Shown: piece by piece, positions 35,800 through 45,573 of the stretch
Numbering within the stretch: the first letter of the stretch is position 1
Layout of the letters: every line of letters starts with the position of its first letter
Virus record (IMG/VR): IMGVR_UViG_3300025108_004499
Source of the DNA: a virus
DNA length: 64,000 bases
Direction: 5' to 3' (one strand)
Program-made: the position numbers and the translations under genes
The notes under the pieces: generated by a model
What the model saw: only the letters and a program-made list of their open reading frames with translations
What the model was told of the DNA's origin: nothing
The model's database searches: none

Positions 35800-36335
35800 T
35801 ATACTGTCTCTAACTCTTCGCCGCCAGCATCAGCACTTGCTTGTGCTCCTAAATCAGCTTCTTGTGTTTCTGCAGGAACAGTAGGTTGTGATCCAGCATC
35901 TACTTCGTAATTTTGCATTGCTTTCATGCCACCATAAATGTCTGCAATTAATTTTTTAGGCATCATAATCTCTACGACCCAAATTGGTAATGTATCTAAC
36001 TTACCTTTTTTAGTACCAGGACGAATATCATCTGGTTTACGTATTTTACGTGGTTTTATAATTTTATCTTTTTTATAGGTAACCTTACAGTCATAGTCTA
36101 ACAAACGTTTTCCGCCCATTGGATCAGGCATTTCGTCAATTGGCCACATAAACGCACAAGTTACCCAATGTCTGCTAATTTTAGGACCGTGTACTATTTC
36201 GCCTTCAGCCCAGTTTTCATACACATATATGTCTAAATCATCTAGCACTCTTTCAAAGTCTTTTAATACAGTGAATGCTACATCGCTGTCATATATCTCT
36301 GATATGTTTTTTACTACGTCTGTGATATCTCTCAT
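35799..36335 (-). CDS. hypothetical phage protein
   Basis: 178 aa; upstream ATAAATA at 36370-36364 and AGGTG SD. Confidence 0.75.
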   Translation of the reverse strand: MRDITDVVKNISEIYDSDVAFTVLKDFERVLDDLDIYVYENWAEGEIVHGPKISRHWVTCAFMWPIDEMPDPMGGKRLLDYDCKVTYKKDKIIKPRKIRKPDDIRPGTKKGKLDTLPIWVVEIMMPKKLIADIYGGMKAMQNYEVDAGSQPTVPAETQEADLGAQASADAGGEELETV

Positions 36336-36470
36336 TATATCGCCACCTATTCTATTATATAGTTATTTATCACATAAGTTGTGTTAGCACTTAACAGTTG
36401 ACAAACCTAGATAAATATTTTTGTAAACAAAGTAAGAGTTTATAGAAGTCACATTAAAGGAGGACACTTC

Positions 36471-37193
36471 ATGAGTGCAAAGCGAGCTCGCAAGAGTAAG
36501 AACTTTCACAATAATGTTGTTCAAATTAATAACTACCTTCCTGAAAAGCACAAAAATGTTAAAATTGTGCCTCGTAATAGGGCACAGGAATCTTACATGC
36601 TAACTCTGGCTGATGCAAAGAAAGACGTTGTCTTTGGCATTGGTCCGGCTGGTACTGGTAAGACTCTGATCGCAGTTTTAACAGCAATTAAACTTTTCAA
36701 AGAAGGTGTTGTGGACAAAATTATTGTTACAAGACCGGCTGTTTCAGTTGACGAGGATCTAGGTTTTTTACCTGGCACCTTAGAACAAAAAATGGCCCCC
36801 TGGACAAGACCTATATTTGACGTATTAAGAGATTATTTTACGGCAAAAGATATCGAAGGCATGATTGCAGAAGGTGTATTAGAAATAGCACCGTTAGCAT
36901 ATATGCGTGGTCGAACGTTTAAAAAGGCATATATCATTGCTGACGAGATGCAAAACTCAACAGCTAATCAAATGAAGATGCTACTAACACGTTTAGGGGA
37001 AGGTTCCAAGATGGCCGTGACAGGAGACTTAAATCAAGCAGACAGAATGAAAGATAATGGCTTAATTGACTTTATTGATCATTTAGGTAAGTTTGGTTAT
37101 GCGTCACACCTAGCATGTATAGAATTTGGTCACCAAGACATTGAAAGGCATGAAGCAGTGAAGGAGATATTAGAAGTATACGGAGACGAATAA
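36471..37193 (+). CDS. phoH: PhoH-like ATPase
   Basis: GPAGTGKT, LGFLPG, YMRGRTF, DEMQN, TGD..Q.D; GGAGG SD; ATAAATA at 36411. Confidence 0.95.
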   Translation: MSAKRARKSKNFHNNVVQINNYLPEKHKNVKIVPRNRAQESYMLTLADAKKDVVFGIGPAGTGKTLIAVLTAIKLFKEGVVDKIIVTRPAVSVDEDLGFLPGTLEQKMAPWTRPIFDVLRDYFTAKDIEGMIAEGVLEIAPLAYMRGRTFKKAYIIADEMQNSTANQMKMLLTRLGEGSKMAVTGDLNQADRMKDNGLIDFIDHLGKFGYASHLACIEFGHQDIERHEAVKEILEVYGDE

Positions 37194-37194
37194 A

Positions 37195-37216
37195 GAAAGG
37201 GGTTTAGGCCCCTTTC
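37195..37216. terminator. hairpin terminator between convergent genes
   Basis: GAAAGGGG-TTTAGG-CCCCTTTC. Confidence 0.7.
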
Positions 37217-37428
37217 AATACTTGAATTAAATATTCATTTTCTGTGTAGGTATATTCCCAACTTGAACACTTGATAGGTGGTTTACCCATATCATCATAG
37301 TGTGTGTATTTGATATAGTAGTGTGCTAACCACACACGTTTATTACTATTGGTTACTACAGGTAGCCAAGCAAACTTCTTTACAACAGAATGTTGTTGTA
37401 CGTCACGTTGCCAGTTAGCACCCATCAT
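37204..37428 (-). CDS. hypothetical protein
   Basis: 74 aa, KFAWLPV....KRVWL..Y. Confidence 0.65.
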   Translation of the reverse strand: MMGANWQRDVQQHSVVKKFAWLPVVTNSNKRVWLAHYYIKYTHYDDMGKPPIKCSSWEYTYTENEYLIQVLKGA

Positions 37429-38090
37429 AGAGTTTTCATTAGTGGGAAAATCTCTGCAATAATTTTAGCACATTCATGAGCAATGTCCATGTGTTCTTTT
37501 TGTGTACCATTAGCACCACGTAGTTCAATGTAGTGTACCCAACTACGTAGAGTACCATTCATATACAATCTTGTTTTTGTATTACCTTCAGGTAGCACTA
37601 CACGAGCTTGCTCTTTAGCAATACCAGACTCAATAGCCCAATCATATACTTCACGAGCTTTATCGATTACTTCTTGTTGCTTAGACGCCCAAGCATAGTG
37701 AATGTCAGATTCACTGTCAACTTCTACACTGTTTTGTCTATTTGTATTATCTTGTAATCTTGCTTCTCTAGTAATAAACATTTCACCCATTTCTGCCGGA
37801 TTAGCATAACGCTGACTAAACTCTTGAAACGCAAAACTTCTGTGTCTTACAATCTGATGTGCAATATCACGTGTAGTATTAATTTCTAATACTGCATTAA
37901 CCATTTCTAAAGGTGACCAATGTTGATGTTTGATCAAATACTTAATTAAACGTTCACTTGTTTCCATATTAATTTGTGCTGTAGGATTTGATACTTTGGC
38001 ACAAAATGCAATAAGATCTTGAACGTTTTCAAGTCCTTCTTTTAAAAACTCGTCTGCTGGTTTACTATAACTTACTAATTTAACGTTCAC
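37425..38090 (-). CDS. thyX: flavin-dependent thymidylate synthase
   Basis: H.SPLE, RHRSFAFQEFSQRY, EQAR.VLP. Confidence 0.95.
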   Translation of the reverse strand: MNVKLVSYSKPADEFLKEGLENVQDLIAFCAKVSNPTAQINMETSERLIKYLIKHQHWSPLEMVNAVLEINTTRDIAHQIVRHRSFAFQEFSQRYANPAEMGEMFITREARLQDNTNRQNSVEVDSESDIHYAWASKQQEVIDKAREVYDWAIESGIAKEQARVVLPEGNTKTRLYMNGTLRSWVHYIELRGANGTQKEHMDIAHECAKIIAEIFPLMKTL

Positions 38091-38624
38091 TTAAAACTCC
38101 ATATCTGCCGCTACAATATAGCGGTCTTGTTGTGATTGTACTATGCCTGGACGATGCCATACCTTTCCAGGATATATCATCCAGTGTCCTGTTTTCCAAG
38201 GTACAAAAAAGTTACCTTCACCTTCTGGACTAATAGGTGCTAATTCTGTTCCTGCTTTTTCTAAATCTTTTACATCATCAGGTAACTGCATATAGTATAC
38301 ACCGCTTACTGTAGTTGTTTCAGGATTGTGATTGTGATGGTGCCAAAGTGTATCTCTATCCTCAGCATGTTTTAAACTTGTACGAAAACTCCAACTTTGT
38401 ACGTTTTTAATTTGTACTTCTCTTCCTAAGTATCTAAAGCAACTCCAAAGGAAACTCATCTTTAGATCTGTAAAATCTTGAAACACGTTCCAATTTGTTT
38501 GATACTTTGGACTGTTAGTCCAAAACCTACCAGAGTCTATACCTGTTGATACAGTACGACACATTCTTTGTCTGTCGTCTTCCGTAAGCAAGTTATTCCA
38601 ATCGTAATATTCATACTCAACCAT
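38091..38624 (-). CDS. 2OG-Fe(II) oxygenase-like protein
   Basis: WH.H...SGVYY, GT, IYP..VWH.P, R...A. Confidence 0.65.
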   Translation of the reverse strand: MVEYEYYDWNNLLTEDDRQRMCRTVSTGIDSGRFWTNSPKYQTNWNVFQDFTDLKMSFLWSCFRYLGREVQIKNVQSWSFRTSLKHAEDRDTLWHHHNHNPETTTVSGVYYMQLPDDVKDLEKAGTELAPISPEGEGNFFVPWKTGHWMIYPGKVWHRPGIVQSQQDRYIVAADMEF

Positions 38625-39255
38625 TCTTTATATACCTATCTTCTGTACACTGTTGATCAAAGTCAACTCTTTCATAATTATTCCTAGACATGATCCAATC
38701 TATCTTTGCTCTATTTTCTTCATTTTCATATTCTATGCTAAACATTTTAATATCATATTTAGAAAAGTCAAGGCCTGTTAAAACTTCAATTTCGCTTCCT
38801 TCAACATCAATGCTTATGTAATCAATCTTATTAGGTGCATTGTAAAGTTCTAACAAATCTGTAAGTGTAATTGTAAACACTTTATGATCGTTCATTTTAA
38901 CGGGCATATCGTTGCTTACAAGACCATCTATACCACTTCTAAGATTCCAACCATAAAACTCTGATTGATCACCTAAATATTTGAAGGGTAGTATTTTTCC
39001 TGATTCTTTATATACACACAGGTCGCTAACTATTGTATCTCTAGCACCACACATACTTTTTAATGTAACAGGATTTGGATCTACACAAATACCTTGCCAT
39101 TTATAAAACTTTTCAAGTAAGTATGTATTACTAGCAGTAACTCCGTCACTAGCACCAATGTCAACAAAGAAACCACTTCTGTAATAACTTTTTTCTAACG
39201 CCCAGAAGTCACACCCGTTTTCACTAAATTTTAAATTTGAACCTTCAGGACCCAT
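38617..39255 (-). CDS. FkbM-family methyltransferase
   Basis: FVDIGASDG...SNT..LE...W.G, IDYISIDVEGSE. Confidence 0.88.
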   Translation of the reverse strand: MGPEGSNLKFSENGCDFWALEKSYYRSGFFVDIGASDGVTASNTYLLEKFYKWQGICVDPNPVTLKSMCGARDTIVSDLCVYKESGKILPFKYLGDQSEFYGWNLRSGIDGLVSNDMPVKMNDHKVFTITLTDLLELYNAPNKIDYISIDVEGSEIEVLTGLDFSKYDIKMFSIEYENEENRAKIDWIMSRNNYERVDFDQQCTEDRYIKNG

Positions 39256-39575
39256 TAACCTTGCCTATACACAATATGTACACCCCAAGGTGATATGACT
39301 GGTGGACCAATATCGTCAACTTGAATTACTTTTACAGCATTACTAAAGTCAGGGTGCATCTTTTCTTCTTCAAACCATCCTAGCTCTCCGCCGTGTCTTG
39401 GACCACTTGCACATGCACTATGTTTTCCTGCCGCTTCGGCAAAACTAATTTTACTACTTTTAATATCTTTTATTAATTGTTCAGCATCAGCAACAGCAAC
39501 ACCTAAGGGTCTATCGTGCGAACTGTTTGGTGATTTATCAAAACTTAACAAGATATGTTTACATTTTAATTTCAT
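39255..39575 (-). CDS. parvulin-type peptidyl-prolyl isomerase
   Basis: HILL, F...A..HS.C.S...GG.LG.F, M...F, S.WG.HI. Confidence 0.9.
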   Translation of the reverse strand: MKLKCKHILLSFDKSPNSSHDRPLGVAVADAEQLIKDIKSSKISFAEAAGKHSACASGPRHGGELGWFEEEKMHPDFSNAVKVIQVDDIGPPVISPWGVHIVYRQG

Positions 39576-39917
39576 TTAATCTCCTCGTCCAGGTTTTTCT
39601 GAAAAATGCTCCATTTTATTTTCTACGCCTGCCCATTCCTCTGCATCTTTAGGAACATCCTCTTTACGCATCTGAGTAATATTAGGCCAAGTATTTGACC
39701 ATTTGTGATTAAGCTCATAAAATTTATTATCAGTATCTTGGAAGTCTGTAATAATAGCATCTACTGGACATTCAGGTTCACACACTCCACAGTCAATACA
39801 TTCGTCTGGATTAATTACAAGCATGTTTTCACCTTCGTAGAAACAATCTACAGGACAAACTTCTACGCAATCCATGTGTTTACATTTAATACAGTTGTCG
39901 TTGACTAAGTATGTCAT
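39576..39917 (-). CDS. fdxA: FdxA-type ferredoxin
   Basis: [18 protein letters not shown] and [12 protein letters not shown] motifs; WPNIT; FSEKPG.GD end. Confidence 0.93.
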   Translation of the reverse strand: MTYLVNDNCIKCKHMDCVEVCPVDCFYEGENMLVINPDECIDCGVCEPECPVDAIITDFQDTDNKFYELNHKWSNTWPNITQMRKEDVPKDAEEWAGVENKMEHFSEKPGRGD

Positions 39918-40330
39918 AGATCTCCTTTATCTCGCATTTCTGCACGTATTTTTGTAGCACTAATATTATGTATCTCTTTTCCTAAGTCATGCTCTGTAAA
40001 AGTGTAACCTACACCTCTACCATAACTAATGTCTACAATATTAGGTACTTTCATAATAGTATATTCTTTTTTATAAGTATAGCCTGCTTTGTTTAGTCCT
40101 TCGATAATACCGTCCATTACATCTATATGTGTAAAAGGATTATCTGTTTGTGCTACAGTTCTTCCGGCTCCTGCATCGTCACCGACTATACCAAATACAT
40201 CACGTATTTGAATACACACTTGGCCTGTTTCTGCTAATGCACGTTTGAACAGTTCTGTATGTCCATCATGCCAAGGTTGCCATCTTCCTAGCATTTGTGT
40301 TGTAGGCTTTTGCCAATCAAAGTCCGTCAT
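39914..40330 (-). CDS. HxGH nucleotidyltransferase
   Basis: [27 protein letters not shown]. Confidence 0.8.
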   Translation of the reverse strand: MTDFDWQKPTTQMLGRWQPWHDGHTELFKRALAETGQVCIQIRDVFGIVGDDAGAGRTVAQTDNPFTHIDVMDGIIEGLNKAGYTYKKEYTIMKVPNIVDISYGRGVGYTFTEHDLGKEIHNISATKIRAEMRDKGDL

Positions 40331-40748
40331 ATTGTTTCCCCATAAATCTATTTACTACAGGCAACAATGCTGATGCAGTATCCTCAAACCATTTACCTAC
40401 ATGATAATCGCAACTAGGCGGAGTTTCAAACATTTTATTAGTATCTTCAAAACGTCCTTCTTCGATAGTATCCATCCAAACTGTATAGTCTGGTGCAAAC
40501 TCTGTACGTGCTTGTTCAGTGGGGCACACAAAGTCGGCAACTGCAATTTTGCCGGCCATGACTACTCCATCAGCTAAGTGACGCATACGTTGTGCTTGTC
40601 TAATACGTCCTTCGGGTGTAAAATCCCAATCATTGTATTGTGTACGTACTGCATCAGCATTGATATGTACTGCTCCAATTAACTCTGAAAAGGGTTTTGC
40701 AAGTGTAGTTTTCCCACTACCGGGTAGTCCAAATATTAAAATCTTCAT
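40317..40748 (-). CDS. adenylylsulfate kinase-like P-loop kinase
   Basis: GLPGSGKT, NAD.VR, DF..EGR.RQ, FE.P. Confidence 0.75.
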   Translation of the reverse strand: MKILIFGLPGSGKTTLAKPFSELIGAVHINADAVRTQYNDWDFTPEGRIRQAQRMRHLADGVVMAGKIAVADFVCPTEQARTEFAPDYTVWMDTIEEGRFEDTNKMFETPPSCDYHVGKWFEDTASALLPVVNRFMGKQYDGL

Positions 40749-41666
40749 TTACAATCTCGCTAATCTAATTAACGTTGCAGACAAGTTAATCTCTGGGTCA
40801 GAAACTAATGTATGATCTACAAGACCTTGCTTAATAATTAAAATTGCACTTTCTTGTCTTTCTTCATCTTCACCAAACAATTCAATATTGTCATACAACC
40901 ATTTATATATGTCTTCAATTTCTTCTGGTCTTACTTGACTACAGACTAGTTTACGTGCATCTCTAATCTTGCCTTGCTTAAATAGTTCAACCATTTGAAT
41001 CTTATAATCAGCATCACCTGCATCTGCTTTAGCTGGCGGAACTAATACGCCGTCAACACAATTCATTTGCACCATGTTAATACATTTACGCAAATCAGGA
41101 TACGTTGCTTTTACATAAGTGTCTAAGATATCCAAGTCTGGAGTGACACCTTCTGTAAGAACAATTTCTGCTACACGAGCAGTAAATTCTGTTTGGTCAA
41201 TACGTTCAATATGAAAGCCTTGACACCTACTATGTAATGCAGGAATAATTCTGTTTGGATAGTTACAAGTTAAAATAAATCTTGCTGTTGTATGATACTC
41301 TTCCATTACGCCACGCAACGCCGCTTGTGCGTTTGGACTTAGATAATCAGCCTCATCAAGTAGTACACATTTAAACTCACCAAATGGAATCATTTGTACA
41401 AAGTTTACAATCTTGTCACGTACATCTTCTACTGAGTTTGTACGACTAGCATTAATCTCTAGTATATCAAGGTCACCTACTTCTAGTTGATTAAGAAGAA
41501 TCTTTGCAAGTGTTGTCTTACCAATACCTGCGTTACCACTAAACAATAAATGCGGAATAGTACCATCTTTTATCCATTGGTTGACTTGTTGCTTTTGTGC
41601 ATCATCTCTAAATACATATCCATCAACTGTGCTTGGACGATATTTTTCTACCCATAATTCTTTCAT
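40749..41666 (-). CDS. clamp loader AAA+ subunit (RFC/gp44-like)
   Basis: WVEKYRP, G.AGIGKT, EINAS, LDEAD, SRC. Confidence 0.92.
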   Translation of the reverse strand: MKELWVEKYRPSTVDGYVFRDDAQKQQVNQWIKDGTIPHLLFSGNAGIGKTTLAKILLNQLEVGDLDILEINASRTNSVEDVRDKIVNFVQMIPFGEFKCVLLDEADYLSPNAQAALRGVMEEYHTTARFILTCNYPNRIIPALHSRCQGFHIERIDQTEFTARVAEIVLTEGVTPDLDILDTYVKATYPDLRKCINMVQMNCVDGVLVPPAKADAGDADYKIQMVELFKQGKIRDARKLVCSQVRPEEIEDIYKWLYDNIELFGEDEERQESAILIIKQGLVDHTLVSDPEINLSATLIRLARL

Positions 41667-42202
41667 CTAGTAACTCCAAAGTGTTTGTATGTTTGCTGTA
41701 GGCATTTTGCTTGATAATAACAATCTGCTAGAGCATTGTGTAGTTGTTCTTGTATTGCTTTACGTGGATCACTTGGCATCATTGCAAACACCGTTCTGCT
41801 ATCTCTAATTTGCCAGTAGTTCCACGGACATGGCTTGCCAATGTTCTTGTATAAGTTTTGTAATATTGCATAATCAAATAACGGACCTTGACACCATAGA
41901 TAGTCAACTCCAACACACCATTTGTTGAGTTGCTTTGTTAAGTTATCCATATTTACTCGCTCATGATCTCCAAAGGCTTCGTCTTGGATTTCTTGCTTTT
42001 GTTTGCCCCACCATTCTAGTGTGTTATTATCAATACTACGACCATACTTCTCTGATTGTTCTTCTACATCACAACGTAGGTACAATCCATGATTGGGTTC
42101 AGCATCACTGAACGGATCAAACTTAACTGCACCTAAAGTGATTATAACACTATCAGGCTCAACGCCTAGTGTTTCTAAATCAATCATTCCATGTATTGCC
42201 AT
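41663..42202 (-). CDS. DEDDh 3'-5' exonuclease
   Basis: MIDLETLG, FD..IL, RDSRT, HNALAD; start at ATG 42202. Confidence 0.88.
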   Translation of the reverse strand: MAIHGMIDLETLGVEPDSVIITLGAVKFDPFSDAEPNHGLYLRCDVEEQSEKYGRSIDNNTLEWWGKQKQEIQDEAFGDHERVNMDNLTKQLNKWCVGVDYLWCQGPLFDYAILQNLYKNIGKPCPWNYWQIRDSRTVFAMMPSDPRKAIQEQLHNALADCYYQAKCLQQTYKHFGVTR

Positions 42203-42363
42203 TAGTCTTTCCTGTTTTCTTGGCCAATACCCATTAAAATAAGCGATACATAAAGTATGGGCCAAGCCCAGCCTGTTAGTTCATTTGTAATATGAAGGTA
42301 CATAAGAGCAATGCCAGTTAAGCCTGTTGTTCCTAAACCTGTAAATTGTGTTGGTAATTTCAT
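42202..42363 (-). CDS. small membrane protein, 53 aa (not in ORF track)
   Basis: MKLPTQFTGLG...WAWPILYVSLILMGIG; GAGGA SD; TAATG-coupled. Confidence 0.7.
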   Translation of the reverse strand: MKLPTQFTGLGTTGLTGIALMYLHITNELTGWAWPILYVSLILMGIGQENRKD

Positions 42364-42383
42364 ATATAATTCCTCATTGTCTT

Positions 42384-42412
42384 ATTGTAACATTAACTAT
42401 AGTAAATGTCAA
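42384..42412 (-). promoter_or_regulatory. sigma70 promoter
   Basis: TTGACA-17 nt-TACAAT. Confidence 0.8.
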
Positions 42413-42854
42413 CCATTCCTTTGTAAAATGTATCCAATTCCATCTTAGAACCCATGTCACTTTTAAACTGATTTGCTTTACGGCTTACAATAACATAATT
42501 ACTAATTTCATCTTTTCCTCCCATAGACCTTGCTATTTTATGATCTACAGTAGGCTGAAAGAATCCGTCATAGTTATCAATGTTTGGATTTGTTACTTTA
42601 TTTTTTCCACGTCCGTAGTCTAACGGTGTACCAAAAATAGGACACAAGTCTGGAGCAATTTTTGCAAGCTCAAACGGATCGCCTTCCCACTTAACTGTGT
42701 GAGCCCAAATAAGTTTTAAAAACTGATCTTGCTTTGTAGACTTTTTAAACATTTCAAAAAATGTTGCATATGTACTAGCATCGTCTAAAGAATGAAACTT
42801 ACGTGAGGAGAGAGCCCGAAGGCCCTCTTCTCTAATTTTTATTAAGTCTGCCAT
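42393..42854 (-). CDS. HNH/His-Me endonuclease-like protein
   Basis: CPIFG, TVDHKIA...GG...SN......ANQFK. Confidence 0.7.
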   Translation of the reverse strand: MADLIKIREEGLRALSSRKFHSLDDASTYATFFEMFKKSTKQDQFLKLIWAHTVKWEGDPFELAKIAPDLCPIFGTPLDYGRGKNKVTNPNIDNYDGFFQPTVDHKIARSMGGKDEISNYVIVSRKANQFKSDMGSKMELDTFYKGMVDIYYS

Positions 42855-44309
42855 TTACATAAACTCCGCAAACTTATCATCTTCTTGCTTCTGTGCTTTA
42901 TTGTTAAAAGCATCAACATCAATGAGAGTTGAATACTCTGCAACGTTGCCGTTTGTATCTGTATATACATAAGGTACATCAATTGTAAAGTCAGAACCAC
43001 CTTTTACAACAGTAGGAATAACTAAATCATAACCTTTTTGTTTACCAGGCTGTGCTTGTATATGTTGCTCACGATTATCAATTAATGATTTAATTGCCGC
43101 GGCAATCATTAGTCCACGATTTGATCCTGATGTAAATCGATGATCTTTCCACTCTGTGTATTTGCCTGATTTTGTTTTTTCAGGATACTGTGAACGAATA
43201 CCTTTAAGTACGTCTGACCATACCTTACTACTCGAACTCCAACGTTCACTCATAACCTGTCCAATCTTAATAAGCAGATCATCAGTTACTGACTTCTTAG
43301 GCATCTGTGTAAACAGCTCTGTCAACCCCCATACTGGCGCATGATCGATTGCAGAGAAATGCCATGCATTGCGTACACATTTAAGTGCCATTTCAAATGC
43401 AAATCTATTTGAGTAATTGTCTTTACAAAACTCTTTAAAGTGTTTTTGCATATGAGCAGTATGTTTTGTTTCGCCAGCACCTGGTGTTGCACTTTCTGGC
43501 ACAGGTGTAATATTAACGTTATCAAAAACTCGCATAAGATTGTATGCTGGTTGATCTTCTAACTTTACATCAAGTCCTGCTTGAAGCATTGCTCTCGCTC
43601 TGTTGTTACGAACTTTAACAAAGTCATAGTCAGTAATAGGAACAACATCTGCGTTACAAGCCAAGAACTGATTAAAGTCAATGTATGGCATATCTTTCAT
43701 ACTAAAGCCTACAATAAGAGTCTTTACTCCGTGTAGTGCTAGTGCCATTGAACCCTGCATACCATCATTTAAAAATACACGTTCTTCGTCTGCGGCATAA
43801 CGTCCTTTAGCACCAAATACAAGACTGCTATCAAAGTTCATTGCAATCTCAAACATACGCCACAAGTAAATTACTCGTTGTGCTTTCATGTTCATAGCAA
43901 CAAGACTTTGATCAACAGCAAGTCCATTCATTACTGCTTCGTCTAAATTATATGATTGTAGTTGTACACCGTACAATACAGGCTTGCCTGTTTCAGGATC
44001 AACAACAGCATTAAGTGCATCTAGTGCCATTTTAAATGCAGTAACAAAGTCTACTGTACCCATTGACTCTAAGTTAAGGGCACCTTTGCTTACATTCAAC
44101 TTAGGCAAGTTTGCACGTTTGATTAATTGTAGTTTTCGTTGATAGTCTTCAGGTTCTAAAAATTTGATAGGTGTCCGTTCTTCTTTTGGACCAAAGAAGA
44201 TTGATAAGTCTTCTCCATAGGCAGATTGTATGCTGTCTGCATACCCGTTTACAATTGATTTCTTCCAATTGTCTACATAATTAAATAGGCTTACGTATGG
44301 CTCTTTCAT
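42855..44309 (-). CDS. large protein with a degenerate ParB/Srx (DGQHR-like) domain
   Basis: QR......I..NFD..L...FLNDGMQG pattern; GAGGAG SD. Confidence 0.45.
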   Translation of the reverse strand: MKEPYVSLFNYVDNWKKSIVNGYADSIQSAYGEDLSIFFGPKEERTPIKFLEPEDYQRKLQLIKRANLPKLNVSKGALNLESMGTVDFVTAFKMALDALNAVVDPETGKPVLYGVQLQSYNLDEAVMNGLAVDQSLVAMNMKAQRVIYLWRMFEIAMNFDSSLVFGAKGRYAADEERVFLNDGMQGSMALALHGVKTLIVGFSMKDMPYIDFNQFLACNADVVPITDYDFVKVRNNRARAMLQAGLDVKLEDQPAYNLMRVFDNVNITPVPESATPGAGETKHTAHMQKHFKEFCKDNYSNRFAFEMALKCVRNAWHFSAIDHAPVWGLTELFTQMPKKSVTDDLLIKIGQVMSERWSSSSKVWSDVLKGIRSQYPEKTKSGKYTEWKDHRFTSGSNRGLMIAAAIKSLIDNREQHIQAQPGKQKGYDLVIPTVVKGGSDFTIDVPYVYTDTNGNVAEYSTLIDVDAFNNKAQKQEDDKFAEFM

Positions 44310-44406
44310 AGTGTGTCTCCTCGACTGTTAAATTATTGGAACGTTTCTATGTTCCCTATTGTACAATAAGCTCATCATTACTGACTTTTTGCTTCATTGT
44401 CTATAC

Positions 44407-44435
44407 AGTATACTATAATATTGTTCTAATGTCAA
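44407..44435 (-). promoter_or_regulatory. sigma70 promoter of the ParB-like/HNH pair
   Basis: TTGACA-17 nt-TATACT. Confidence 0.85.
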
Positions 44436-44443
44436 CAGTTAAT

Positions 44444-45502
44444 TTAACCAAAATCAAATAAACTTGCCGCACTAGGATCTATGTTTGCTTGCGCCATAGT
44501 TCCATAATCAGTTGCTTCATGTACTTCTCGTGGTACAAACAATCTGTCCATGTACTTTTTAATTTGTCTGTGTTTCATGCCAATGTTCTTACCCCAATAC
44601 AAATCTCTTTGTTCTTTGTTCATTGGTCTGCGAACTGCACTTACACATACATAATCACGTTCTGCAAAGAAGTCATATAAGTCTTGTGGTTCGTATCCAA
44701 ACAATGTACATTGCTTAGGCACAATCTCAACTTGTACACTAGGACGACATCTATCGATTGTATCTTTTGCACCTTGCATAACTAATAGCTCACTGCCTTC
44801 AACATCAATCTTGATACAGTCTACATCTTCAAAGTTATAACTGTCAATAGTACGTGCTGGTACAGGTACTAAGTTTTGACTATCACGTAGTTTAACATTA
44901 TCACTATCTAATACAACATGATTATGCCCTCCGTGATCAGTATGATCTAAAATATCAATAGTACCTTCATTACGATTAGTTGCGGCAACTTCATGTACTG
45001 TAATGTTTGCAGTAATGTTCATACTTTGGTGTACACCTTTATGTATGTACCAACCTGCTTTTGCATATTCATCTCGCCACATATCGCCTTCTTGATCTGT
45101 ACCTTTCCAATACACTCCTTTTAGATCTTGATGCTTTGCAATATTAATATTTGCAAGTAACATTTTAAGTGTAGTTGGTGTAGGTTCAAAAGACTCTACA
45201 TTCTCTGCCCATTCTCCATAAGCAATAGTATTATTGCCTACGTTAGCACCAACGTCTATAATACGTTTTGCATTAGGATAAATTGTACGGATTAGTCTTG
45301 AGTTGTTGCCTTGATAATATACGTTGTTTCCGCTAAATCGAGGCCCTTGTAGGTTATCGTGTGCAAGTAACCAGTAACACCGTCCAAACTTGTTTACTAC
45401 AAGCCTAAACAATGGATCACTGTATAGTCCACTTGCTTCCTTAAAATTAAAATTTTCTTCAAATTGTTCTGCTGAGATTTCAGCTGTGATTTTTACTGCC
45501 AT
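44444..45502 (-). CDS. FkbM-family methyltransferase
   Basis: IIDVGANVG, SFEP, IKIDVEGSE..V.QGA..TI..CRP. Confidence 0.88.
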   Translation of the reverse strand: MAVKITAEISAEQFEENFNFKEASGLYSDPLFRLVVNKFGRCYWLLAHDNLQGPRFSGNNVYYQGNNSRLIRTIYPNAKRIIDVGANVGNNTIAYGEWAENVESFEPTPTTLKMLLANINIAKHQDLKGVYWKGTDQEGDMWRDEYAKAGWYIHKGVHQSMNITANITVHEVAATNRNEGTIDILDHTDHGGHNHVVLDSDNVKLRDSQNLVPVPARTIDSYNFEDVDCIKIDVEGSELLVMQGAKDTIDRCRPSVQVEIVPKQCTLFGYEPQDLYDFFAERDYVCVSAVRRPMNKEQRDLYWGKNIGMKHRQIKKYMDRLFVPREVHEATDYGTMAQANIDPSAASLFDFG

Positions 45503-45545
45503 CGTAACCTCCTATATTGTGTTATCTATAATAGCGTTTTGTAAT

Positions 45546-45573
45546 AGTATATATTCTTTTACTTAATTGTCAA
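45546..45573 (-). promoter_or_regulatory. sigma70 promoter
   Basis: TTGACA-16 nt-TATACT. Confidence 0.65.

Noticed and set aside
36398-36426. sigma70 promoter for phoH
   Set aside because: TTGACA is present but there is no acceptable -10 at 16-18 nt; the ATAAATA late motif explains the site better
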